64,000 bases of DNA, from NCBI GenBank assembly GCA_963663405.2, contig CAXXSM010000143.1, positions 1 through 64,000 of the forward strand. The letters are read 5' to 3'. This DNA comes from a bacterium (GTDB lineage Bacteria > Hinthialibacterota > Hinthialibacteria > Hinthialibacterales > Hinthialibacteraceae). Below the pieces are notes generated by a model. It saw nothing but the letters and a program-made list of their open reading frames with translations. It ran no database searches and was not told the DNA's origin. How positions within the stretch are numbered: the stretch's first letter is position 1; each line of letters begins with the position of its first letter. Made by a program: the position numbers and the translations under genes. Shown here piece by piece: positions 53,801 through 62,607 of this stretch.

Positions 53801-54355
53801 GTCGTCAATCCCCTTGAGACCGGGAGCTCCATCCCCTTTGGCGGCTGAGGTGGTTTGACGGATTCCTGTGAGATCAAGGTTTGTTCCCGTTACATCACCC
53901 TCGGGATCTTCATCAATCCCGAGTGGGATCGGTGTGGGGTAGACCCGCACGATCCGCCTCCGGTTTGGCAATGGACGGTTATCGACGAGATGGCTGCGGG
54001 CGTCGTAGGTCAGATTATCCCCCACGCGTCCGGCGTAGCCAACCGCCCAGGGATCGAGGAGGGAGACATAGCGGGGCTGCGGACGTCCCAGAACGATATG
54101 TTCCTTGCTGGGATCCAGGTCTTTCTCCACTTGGCTCAACACCCCTTGAATGGCCGCTTCGGCGAATTCATGCACGTTGACCGTCGTAGCGTACCGCTGG
54201 ACGGTAATTTCTTCCATGCGGAGCGTATAGGTAAATCCGACCAAGATTAAGGCGAATATGGAAAGCAGGGCCAGGACGGTCAACAGCGCGACGCCCTTTT
54301 CCTCCGGCTTTCCATGTGGTTTTGTTTTTTGGGAGAAGAATCGTATCGTATTCAT
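47821..54355 (-). CDS. Giant GspK/PilX-like minor pseudopilin (~2,180 aa when one extra base at ~51020-51030 is removed) with acidic DxDGDG repeats, lamin-tail-like and HhH segments
   Basis: KG|VALLTVL (no E5), LLDPWA, DENAKININ, RPYSTVDDLLLV, VNINTAPREALSALP and C-terminal ITVRSRTF..G..RKFEAVYQR; IRINEVM and YVELVN lamin-tail motifs. Confidence 0.8.
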
Positions 54356-54434
54356 GGCTCAAACCTGCCTTTTTACGTTTTCTCAAGCGGCGTTTCGTTC
54401 TATGAAAATCGGTCAATGAATAGTACTAACCGTC

Positions 54435-55796
54435 TTAAATTCCTACACTTCGATAGTTATTAGGGATAAACACCCGTGTCGTGAATGGTTTCGGATTGGT
54501 TTTATGTTCCCGGTCCTGCACGTAGATTGTAATATCCACCATATTGGGGAGCCCATCCGTTTTTTGGACAATGCGATCGCTGACATCCGCGTAAACGGAT
54601 GTATTGTTCTGCGCGGGCCGTAACTGTTGAGGCATAATTGGCAGAAAACGGTTGTTGGGTCCCAGCGGATAACGATCGTCGGGTTCATTAACGATAATGT
54701 TTTCGAAACTCATCTTCCCCTGACGGTTTTCGGTGCTGTTGCTAGCCGCCGGCATATTGAATATTTTTCCATTTACGTTCGTGCTGGGGAAAAGGAGAGC
54801 GGTCTCGCGTGTGGAATCCCACTCTTCGGAATAGCGCCAACCGCCCCGGTTGTAATCGTAGTACCAATACCGGAACCGCAGTCCACGAACGTCGTAGGCG
54901 AGAACCTGGAAGAGTTTCGCTGGATTTTTATTCGTATAATTATTCGATTCAGAGACCAGCTGGCCGTATTTCGATCCAAAATCCCAATTTTCGATGGCTT
55001 TTTGTAGATCCGAGCTGGAAACGACGGGCCGATCTACGGGAGCGGCCGTGGGTAAAAGGGCTTTTCCCGATGAATCATCAACAAATTGCCCGAAATCATA
55101 GATTTTATCGGTTCCGGAAGAATTCCCACTGCGGATTTTAAGGATTTGGGCGCGCCGGATCAGCTTTGTTCCGCTGGGATCGAGGCCGTAGGAGATTTCC
55201 TGGAGGATGAGATCGCCGGAATTCTCGACCGCGCTGACAAAATGCAGAATGTCGCTGGGGAAGAGACCGATATCTTCGTCGATACAGGCGGAATCACCAG
55301 CTTCACAGCCAAGAGGGTCGGTCTGGGGACGGGAACTTCCGGACAAGGCGTCCGCTGCCCCCCCTGAATAATCCCCATCGATTCCATCCAAGACTTCCTC
55401 GTCAACCAATCCATCGCCATCGTCGTCTTTGCCGGCGCCGGGACATCCTTCGTCTGGATCAGCGATAACGTCGCGATGAATGCCGGCAAAGCGAAACCGA
55501 GGGCCTTGTATCACGTTTACTGTGCTTTGCTCATAGGAATAAAATGGTTTAACGGAATCCGGCGTGAGGTAAGCCGAACGGAGATCGGTCGCGATATAAT
55601 CCAGCGCCGACCGGCCGGTTTCGTTGATTTCAATGCGGCGCATGGCGATTTCACGCGCGTCCAATACGACGCGGAACGTTTGGGCGGCCATTCCCGCCAA
55701 AATCGAGATTACTGCAATGGAGATCATGAGTTCGACAAGGGTGAACCCTCGATCGCGTAATCGCTGGGCGCTATGATTCCGAAGTTTTGCATTCAT
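54435..55796 (-). CDS. GspJ/PilW-like minor pilin with acidic repeat insert
   Basis: RG|FTLVELMISIAV; LDYIATDLRSA; EISYGL; LAYDVRGLRFRY; LPNMVDITI; DDDGDGLVDEE. Confidence 0.85.
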   Translation of the reverse strand: MNAKLRNHSAQRLRDRGFTLVELMISIAVISILAGMAAQTFRVVLDAREIAMRRIEINETGRSALDYIATDLRSAYLTPDSVKPFYSYEQSTVNVIQGPRFRFAGIHRDVIADPDEGCPGAGKDDDGDGLVDEEVLDGIDGDYSGGAADALSGSSRPQTDPLGCEAGDSACIDEDIGLFPSDILHFVSAVENSGDLILQEISYGLDPSGTKLIRRAQILKIRSGNSSGTDKIYDFGQFVDDSSGKALLPTAAPVDRPVVSSSDLQKAIENWDFGSKYGQLVSESNNYTNKNPAKLFQVLAYDVRGLRFRYWYYDYNRGGWRYSEEWDSTRETALLFPSTNVNGKIFNMPAASNSTENRQGKMSFENIIVNEPDDRYPLGPNNRFLPIMPQQLRPAQNNTSVYADVSDRIVQKTDGLPNMVDITIYVQDREHKTNPKPFTTRVFIPNNYRSVGI

Positions 55797-55814
55797 GATC
55801 CTGTTCCTTTTTTA

Positions 55815-55875
55815 TATGAAAATGAGTTTCTGCAACTTTCTCGTTCTAGATTTCTTCTGCAACTCATTTTCATTT
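55815..55875. repeat. Repeat family A, copy 6 (hairpin only), inside the minor pilin operon
   Basis: TATGAAAATGAGTTTC...AACTCATTTTCATTT. Confidence 0.85.
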
Positions 55876-55913
55876 ATCCCGTGCGGCTTTAAAATTTGCC
55901 GCGCTTTGGGGCC

Positions 55914-57443
55914 TTATTCTTTCGTGAAGTTACGCGCGACGATTCCCCGTGGCTGTCCTCCGATCAGCGTAAAGGATTCGGAGGGGGCGCGGAGGTTGAT
56001 GAATCCAATCAAGGTGAAATCGAATTTATACGTGTCTTCATCGATCTGTCCATCAAAATCATCGTCGATACCATCCAATTTTTCTTCGTCGATTCCCCAT
56101 TCGATGGCGCCATAGGAGACACGCCGGTTGCGGAGAAGTTTTATATCATCACTCGCGTAGGAGCCTTCCGAGCGTTTGTCGACCCGTTTCAAATCTTCAT
56201 CGTTGTCGATTCCATCCCCTCCCCAGGTAATGACGATTTCAACACGGCGCCAATCCGGAAGCGGGGCGGCGATGCAATCTTCATCGACCAATCCATCGGA
56301 CAGGGGGGTTTGGCTATATCCAGTCAGATAACGGCCGTCTTTCGTCCGGAAATCCATATCCAATCCATCCGGCATTTCTTCATCGACGAAGCCATCGCCG
56401 TCGTTGTCGAAGCCATCGCCCAGATCGGGGATGCCATCGCCATTGATGTCCTGGATGCCATTCCGGCCATTATCGGGGATGCGTCCCACACGAATCTGCC
56501 AGGCGTAACGATCATACGGCGCCGGGAAGCGGGCGGGAGCGAAGGGGAAAGCGGCTAACCGGCAGTCTTCATCCACGCGGCCGTCTTTATCGTTGTCCCG
56601 TCCGTCCCAGATTTCCTCATCGATGCCTTCATCGATTTCTCCATCCCCATCGTTGTCGATGCCGTCCGCGAGGGCTGGGGTTTTCGGATCGCCATCGTTA
56701 TCCTCACCGTCCCCGTCGTTGTCGTAGCGGTCCCCCGCCAACAGGGGAAGCATGAGGCGGGAATTCAAAACGCGGACGGAAGCGAGGCGGCAGTCTTCAT
56801 CGATCATATTGTCACCATCGTTATCGATGCCATCGGCGTATTCTTCATCAATGTTAAATTCGGGATCGTAATAGACATCGCCGTCCGCGAACATCTGTGA
56901 AGTTTTCGGATTAATAACCCGGGCGTCGGCGGAACCGGAATCGCCGTCATCATCGATTATGCCGTCTCCATCATCATCGATGCCATTCGCCTTCACTCCA
57001 CCCACGCGCAGACGCACCTGCAACGCGTCCAATTCGGGCAATCCATCATAATCTTTGTCCGGCAGAAGGTTGCCGTTGAGATCATGCACATACCGCCCCT
57101 GCAATGTGAAGGTGACATTATTGAAATCGTCATCGTACGCGTTGCCCGGCAGAGGGAGAACCACGTTTTCGGCGCCGGGGATGACGGGAAAGTTCACCGG
57201 ATCGTTTTTCATTCCCTCAAAAATGGTTTGGGCCAGGAGCGTGGCTTGGGTTAAATCTTCCGCGCGATGGCTGGCTTCAATTCCATAGGGGAAAACCTTG
57301 ACGATGGAGAGCAGCCCCAGCGCGAGGATCGCCGCGGCGACGATCACCTCTAAAAGAGAGAAAGCCCGCTGGTTGTTTTTTCCAGAGAAGCGGTTTGGGA
57401 CCGTTCCGGTCGATTTATGCGCGCAATTCATGTTCATTTTCAT
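55914..57443 (-). CDS. GspI/PilV-like minor pilin packed with DGxDNDGDGxxDE repeats
   Basis: RA|FSLLEVIVAAAILALGLL; TQATLLAQ; YAWQ and RRVEIVITW GspI core; ATG at 57443 after GAGGAGG. Confidence 0.85.
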   Translation of the reverse strand: MKMNMNCAHKSTGTVPNRFSGKNNQRAFSLLEVIVAAAILALGLLSIVKVFPYGIEASHRAEDLTQATLLAQTIFEGMKNDPVNFPVIPGAENVVLPLPGNAYDDDFNNVTFTLQGRYVHDLNGNLLPDKDYDGLPELDALQVRLRVGGVKANGIDDDGDGIIDDDGDSGSADARVINPKTSQMFADGDVYYDPEFNIDEEYADGIDNDGDNMIDEDCRLASVRVLNSRLMLPLLAGDRYDNDGDGEDNDGDPKTPALADGIDNDGDGEIDEGIDEEIWDGRDNDKDGRVDEDCRLAAFPFAPARFPAPYDRYAWQIRVGRIPDNGRNGIQDINGDGIPDLGDGFDNDGDGFVDEEMPDGLDMDFRTKDGRYLTGYSQTPLSDGLVDEDCIAAPLPDWRRVEIVITWGGDGIDNDEDLKRVDKRSEGSYASDDIKLLRNRRVSYGAIEWGIDEEKLDGIDDDFDGQIDEDTYKFDFTLIGFINLRAPSESFTLIGGQPRGIVARNFTKE

Positions 57444-57453
57444 GGTGACCTCC

Positions 57454-58257
57454 TCATTCACTCTCTTCGGCGGGTTCATCCAACAGCCAAGGGCTCATGA
57501 TGGCGTATCCGTACCGTCGGACGCGGCCGGTGAGGCGAATAACCTCAAGGGTAGTGACTTTATAGCGTTCAATCGCGGCGTCTTTGCCCCACTGAAAATT
57601 ATTCGTGTCAGCTCTTTTGATCACATCCGCGTAGTCATACGAATTGCCGCCAACCAAAAAGACTTCCCCGTCTCTCGTGAGATGGATGATTGGGGCGATT
57701 TCGTTGTAATTCGTGGAGGTTTCCTCACCTTCGAAATAGACGTTGCTGATCGAGCCCCGTGTGTTGAATTCGATGTAGAAGACTTCTGGATTGCCCACAC
57801 CGGGTGTACGGCCATCGAGATCACCGACCATAACCGCGTCCGGAAGATATTCCGGATCGGTGAGTTCGATTGTATTGACGACCAAATCCCGTGAACCAGC
57901 GACATGAACGGCGGCTTCGAAGTCGTATTGATTGAGATACTTGCCTTCGATCCATGTGGCGGCCCGCCGGGTGCGTGGACCGTTCATTTCATCAGGAAAC
58001 CCTTCGAGGGCGCCTGCGTCGATCACAACCCGGAGATCCCGGCGTTTCGCGATGCATTCCTGACGCGCTTGCCTGAAATTGGCTTCGATCATGCGTGTGG
58101 CGCTTTCGACCCGCGCCGCTTTGATCTGAGCGACGTAACTCATCGCGCCTACCCCGATTAATATTCCAATGATCCCGATGACGATCATAATCTCCACCAT
58201 CGAGAACGCGGCGTTGCGGGAAGACCGGCCGTGAGTACCATGTTGAGTGACAGTCAT
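57454..58257 (-). CDS. GspH/FimT-like minor pilin
   Basis: AA|FSMVEIMIVIGIIGIL; FRQARQECI; IEFNTRGS; LTGRVR motifs. Confidence 0.85.
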   Translation of the reverse strand: MTVTQHGTHGRSSRNAAFSMVEIMIVIGIIGILIGVGAMSYVAQIKAARVESATRMIEANFRQARQECIAKRRDLRVVIDAGALEGFPDEMNGPRTRRAATWIEGKYLNQYDFEAAVHVAGSRDLVVNTIELTDPEYLPDAVMVGDLDGRTPGVGNPEVFYIEFNTRGSISNVYFEGEETSTNYNEIAPIIHLTRDGEVFLVGGNSYDYADVIKRADTNNFQWGKDAAIERYKVTTLEVIRLTGRVRRYGYAIMSPWLLDEPAEESE

Positions 58258-59003
58258 GATTTTTGCCCCTTGTGGCGCAGTAATTTATCGTTCGATTACC
58301 CGTTTCCGTCCGGGTGTCCACCGGCGTCATGGATAAGATCCAGCCAACCGGCGGAAGGTTCCTTCAACCTAAGAATATCGTAAGGGAGACGAGTTGTAAG
58401 CGAAGAATAAAAATGAATGCGATATTTCTGGAGAAACGCGGAACCGATAGCGCACATTTCTCCATTCCTATCAAAGAATGGACGCAAGCCGTAACAGTAC
58501 AATTCGCTCACCTATTATGCGCTGCGTTCGATCGAGGAGGGGATGGCGCTCTATTGAAATCGATAGAGAAACCGTCTTTTTTCAACGCAAAAACGACCGG
58601 CGGACTACGATCGATAAATCCAAGCCAAACCGATTCAATTTTTTCGTAAAAAAAGACTTTGGGCGTACGATCCGCCCTTCTTTTTACACCTAAAGTGTAA
58701 AAAAATGATAAAAACCACTCTCACATCAAACTACAGCTCGTCAAACTAAACCCATTGAAATATAACAAGTTATACAATGTATCCCCAAAATTCACACAAC
58801 AATATATCATGGGTTTTCAAAAACATCAGAAAATTTTAACTCTTTTTTTGAAAAAAAGCAGAGACAGAACCCAGATTACACATCATTCATTGTATAAGGA
58901 ATACAGATTCTCTTAGATTGAGGACACTGTATCTTCACTTTACTCTTTCGGGTATGCTATCATCTTGTCTGATTTCCACAAAGAATGGATAAGGAGTTCA
59001 AAG

Positions 59004-59744
59004 ATGAAACCGCGTATACGATATATTGGAATGCTCATGATCTGCGCCGCCATGTTCTCTATGATGGATTCAACAGCCGCGCAGCAGACTTTTATGGTCA
59101 AAGATGGGGAGACGATTGTATTCCTTGGCGACAGCATCACCCAAGGAGCCTCCCGTCCGGAAGGATTCATTCCCCTGATTAATCTGTTCTGTGGGGTGAA
59201 TGGTTATGAGGTGAAGACGATCAACGCTGGAATCGGAGGCCATAAGTCGAGTGATATGCTGGCGCGTCTGGATAGGGATGTGTTGAAACACAATCCCGAT
59301 TGGGTTTTTATCTCTTGCGGAGTGAACGATGTATGGCACCAAGCGCGGTGGGAAGGGATCTATCTGCCGGATTACAAGCGAAATATGGCGGAAATTGTCG
59401 ATCGATGCCTAAAAGCCGGCGCAAAGATCATTCTGCTGACCTCCACACCGATCTACGAAAACCTGAACAGCGAAGAGAATAAGAAACTGCGGACCTACAA
59501 TGATTTCCTGAAAACCTTGGCGAAATCGAGGGGAATCATTCTCTGCGATCTATTCGCCGCTTTCGAGAAAATTTATGAAGTTAAGATGACCGATGAAAAT
59601 TTAATGACGACGGACGGTGTCCACATGAAACCCCGCGGCTACCGCTTGATGGCGCGGGAAATGTTGAAAGCGCTGGGCGCCAGTGGGAGAGAGCTCGCCC
59701 TCGCAGAGAATCGCTGGGAACTCGTGAATAATATGCAAAAATAA
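59004..59744 (+). CDS. SGNH/GDSL hydrolase, secreted
   Basis: FLGDSIT, NAGIGG, GVND and DGVH blocks; AAGGAG RBS; signal peptide. Confidence 0.92.
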   Translation: MKPRIRYIGMLMICAAMFSMMDSTAAQQTFMVKDGETIVFLGDSITQGASRPEGFIPLINLFCGVNGYEVKTINAGIGGHKSSDMLARLDRDVLKHNPDWVFISCGVNDVWHQARWEGIYLPDYKRNMAEIVDRCLKAGAKIILLTSTPIYENLNSEENKKLRTYNDFLKTLAKSRGIILCDLFAAFEKIYEVKMTDENLMTTDGVHMKPRGYRLMAREMLKALGASGRELALAENRWELVNNMQK

Positions 59745-59865
59745 TTGACAAATGACTTTTCGGCGCTCTAAAAGAGGAAACTAAATTTGCATAAATCATT
59801 CATTTATATACAGTTACAAAAATACTACAAAACAGAAGAACCAAAGAAAGGCCGAAGGGTGAATC

Positions 59866-61308
59866 ATGAAAAACCAGGAGACAATCAAACCAACACGACG
59901 GCGGTTTTTAAGAACGGCGGCGGCGGGCGTCGCCTTTCCCTATATTAATACGCTCATCACACCCAATTCCAACGCCGCGCAAAAGAAGCGCAATATCATA
60001 TTCATATTCATCGATGACATGCGCTTCGATTCCATGAGCTGCATGAACCATCCATTTTTACAAACGCCCAATCTTGACCGTATGGCGGGTGGCGGTTTGA
60101 TGTTCAACCACGCGTATGTCACCACTTCGCTCTGCTCGCCCAGCCGCGCCAGTATTTTGAGCGGACAATACGCGCACCGGCACGGCGTCATGAACAATTC
60201 CACACTTCTCCCCGCAGGAACGCCGACTTTCCCGGAGGAATTGCAGAAAAACGGGTATGAGACCGCGTTCATCGGGAAATGGCATATGGGTGGAAGCACC
60301 GATAAACCGCGTCCTGGATTCGACCATTGGATCAGCTTCCGCGGGCAGGGCGTCTATAACGATCCAACGTTTAATATTGGTGGGAAGTCCGTCAAGAAGC
60401 CAGGCTATATGACCGATCTCTTAACTGATTTCGCCGTTGATTATATCAAAAAAGGTCGAAACAAACCGTATTTCCTCTATCTATCCCACAAAGCGGTCCA
60501 CGCGGACTTTTATCCCGCTGAACGGCATAAAGACGCGTATTCGGATGTGACTATTCAACATCCAGCGTCAATGGCGGATACACCGGAAAATTATGAAGGA
60601 AAACCGAATTGGGTAAAACGACAGCGTCACAGCTGGCACGGCGTGGATTATATGTATCACGACGGCACCTATTTCGATAAATTTATCCTCGATTACAACC
60701 GCACTATGCTTGCGGTAGATGACAGCATTGGGAAATTGATGGATACGCTGGAAGAACTGGGGCAGCTGGACGATACATTGATCCTATTTATGGGGGATAA
60801 TGGATTTCTCCACGGCGAGCATGGATTGATCGATAAGCGCTGTATGTATGAAGAATCGATCCGTGTCCCCTTACTGGCGCACTGTCCGGACATGATCGCC
60901 GGAGGGAAACGAACGGATCGCATTGCGTTGAATATCGATATCGGCCCGACAATCCTGAATGCGGCGGGCGCGCCAGCTCCCGGAACCGTGCAAGGAGAAT
61001 CGTTCCTGCCTGTATTGCAGGGCCAGGATGAGAATTGGCGGGAAGCGATGTTCTACGAATATTTCTGGGAACGCGCCTTCCCGCAGACACCGACGGTCTT
61101 CGGCGTGCGTACCGAGCAGTATAAATATATGAATTATCATGGGATTTTCGATCTGAACGAACTGTACGACCTGAAAAACGATCCACATGAAATGCGTAAC
61201 TTAATCGACGATCCCTCCCATTACGACGTGAAGGTGGATATGCAAAAACGTCTGGCATCGTTGATGAAAGAATACGGCGCGACGATGGTTCCCCGTTTCG
61301 ACGTGTGA
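59866..61308 (+). CDS. Formylglycine-dependent sulfatase with Tat signal
   Basis: TRRRFL; DDMR; CSPSRAS (CxPxR); GKWH; DNG..HG..DKR..YEES motifs. Confidence 0.95.
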   Translation: MKNQETIKPTRRRFLRTAAAGVAFPYINTLITPNSNAAQKKRNIIFIFIDDMRFDSMSCMNHPFLQTPNLDRMAGGGLMFNHAYVTTSLCSPSRASILSGQYAHRHGVMNNSTLLPAGTPTFPEELQKNGYETAFIGKWHMGGSTDKPRPGFDHWISFRGQGVYNDPTFNIGGKSVKKPGYMTDLLTDFAVDYIKKGRNKPYFLYLSHKAVHADFYPAERHKDAYSDVTIQHPASMADTPENYEGKPNWVKRQRHSWHGVDYMYHDGTYFDKFILDYNRTMLAVDDSIGKLMDTLEELGQLDDTLILFMGDNGFLHGEHGLIDKRCMYEESIRVPLLAHCPDMIAGGKRTDRIALNIDIGPTILNAAGAPAPGTVQGESFLPVLQGQDENWREAMFYEYFWERAFPQTPTVFGVRTEQYKYMNYHGIFDLNELYDLKNDPHEMRNLIDDPSHYDVKVDMQKRLASLMKEYGATMVPRFDV

Positions 61309-61385
61309 TAAACTAAAATGTTAGGATGTGTTATTAGTACACATCATTTAGTTCAATTCAAAATGTTATTTAAATACAAGTTAAT

Positions 61386-62432
61386 ATGATGGATAATACT
61401 ATTTTTCTTACTCATGTTCAAGAACGAGATATTGATCTATTATTGATAGAAGAACTATGGTCAAACACAGACTTCCAAATTTGGTTTTTGAGTAAATCTA
61501 TAATTTTTTCTCAACTCGAATCAAAGGGTGCCATCTTAAAAAATGTTTCACACAGTGTGAGTGGTTTAGGTAAATGTAAAGGAGAAACCGACATACTTAT
61601 TGACTTTCAACTCTATGATGGGATAAGACTACGAATAATGATTGAGAATAAAATTAATGCTGATTTTATGCCTCAACAACTAGAACGATATAAGGAACGA
61701 GGACTCTTGTACAAATAAAGAAATGAATGCGATTATTTTATGCATGGTCTAGTTGCACCGGAATCCTATTTCAACAGCAAGAACCATACAAAAGATAAAC
61801 AAGACTGTTATTTTACCTTATACTATGAAGATATTATGAATTATTTCAAAAACGCAAATCCACAAAACGACAATGAAAAGAGAAGATTTTTTTACAGGCA
61901 CCACATTATCAAACAAGCAATTACTAAAAGTAGAAGAGGGTGGGAACCTATTCATGATTCGAATACAGCTAATTTCCAGTTATCATTGTACAACCATATC
62001 AAACAGTTTTACACAATAATAACAATGAAAAAACCAAAAGAAACAGGAATTCCCAGAGAAAGTAAATTTATTAAACTGTATTCACAAGAATTAGATGAAC
62101 TTAATGATTTACCTAATAGAGTATTAAGATTAAAATTTCGCGAAAGCAAAGAAACAGGTAAATTCAGAGTAGATATAGAATTTAAAGGAATGGGTAAATA
62201 TTTTAATGAATTACAACCTTTGATTGAACCATTATTAGATGATGAGATGATATGTGTTATGACAAATAAAAGCATTTCCATATCCATGATAATTCCAACC
62301 ATTAACCAACGCATAGATTTTGAAGTTCAAAAAAATGATATTAACATAATGCTAACGAACACATGTCATCTAGTTAATTGGGTGTGCGAAAATCATTTAA
62401 AACTTATTGACATATTTCAATTAAAACAATAA
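61386..62432 (+). pseudogene. AT-rich PD-(D/E)XK nuclease superfamily gene interrupted by an in-frame TAA at 61716-61718
   Basis: ERDIDLLLIEE, GETDIL, IENKI..QLERY motifs; ORFs 61386 and 61740 are in the same frame (LYK*RNECDYFMHGLVAP). Confidence 0.7.
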
Positions 62433-62481
62433 GTAGGATGAAGTTTCTATCAAAAAGTCTATCCTATATAATCTTTCGGCA

Positions 62482-62570
62482 GGCAGCCAGGGCAAGGTTT
62501 TTCATCTGCCCTGGCGTTATTTTCCCGAAATTATGCCAGGGGAGAATAAAGCCTTCCCCTGGCCACCCAG
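62482..62570. repeat. Repeat family B inverted pair: 62482-62525 (-), 62527-62570 (+)
   Basis: Stems CCAGGGCA/TGCCCTGG and CCAGGGGA/TCCCCTGG. Confidence 0.85.
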
Positions 62571-62607
62571 TTTTTTTCCCCTAATTGATTAAGAGAAGAT
62601 TGATTTG

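Noticed and set aside
58258-58400. Structured leader upstream of the minor pilin operon
   Set aside because: Only short GC-rich hairpins that are expected by chance; no recognisable motif
58462-58490. c-di-GMP-I riboswitch-like CCATTC...GAATGG-ACGCAAGCC
   Set aside because: Lacks the GNRA loop, the upstream GGCAAA and a P3 with receptor; it is also on the strand opposite the pilin operon
61716-61718. Alternative genetic code or stop read-through
   Set aside because: Single case; TAA, TAG and TGA all end conserved genes normally elsewhere in the window
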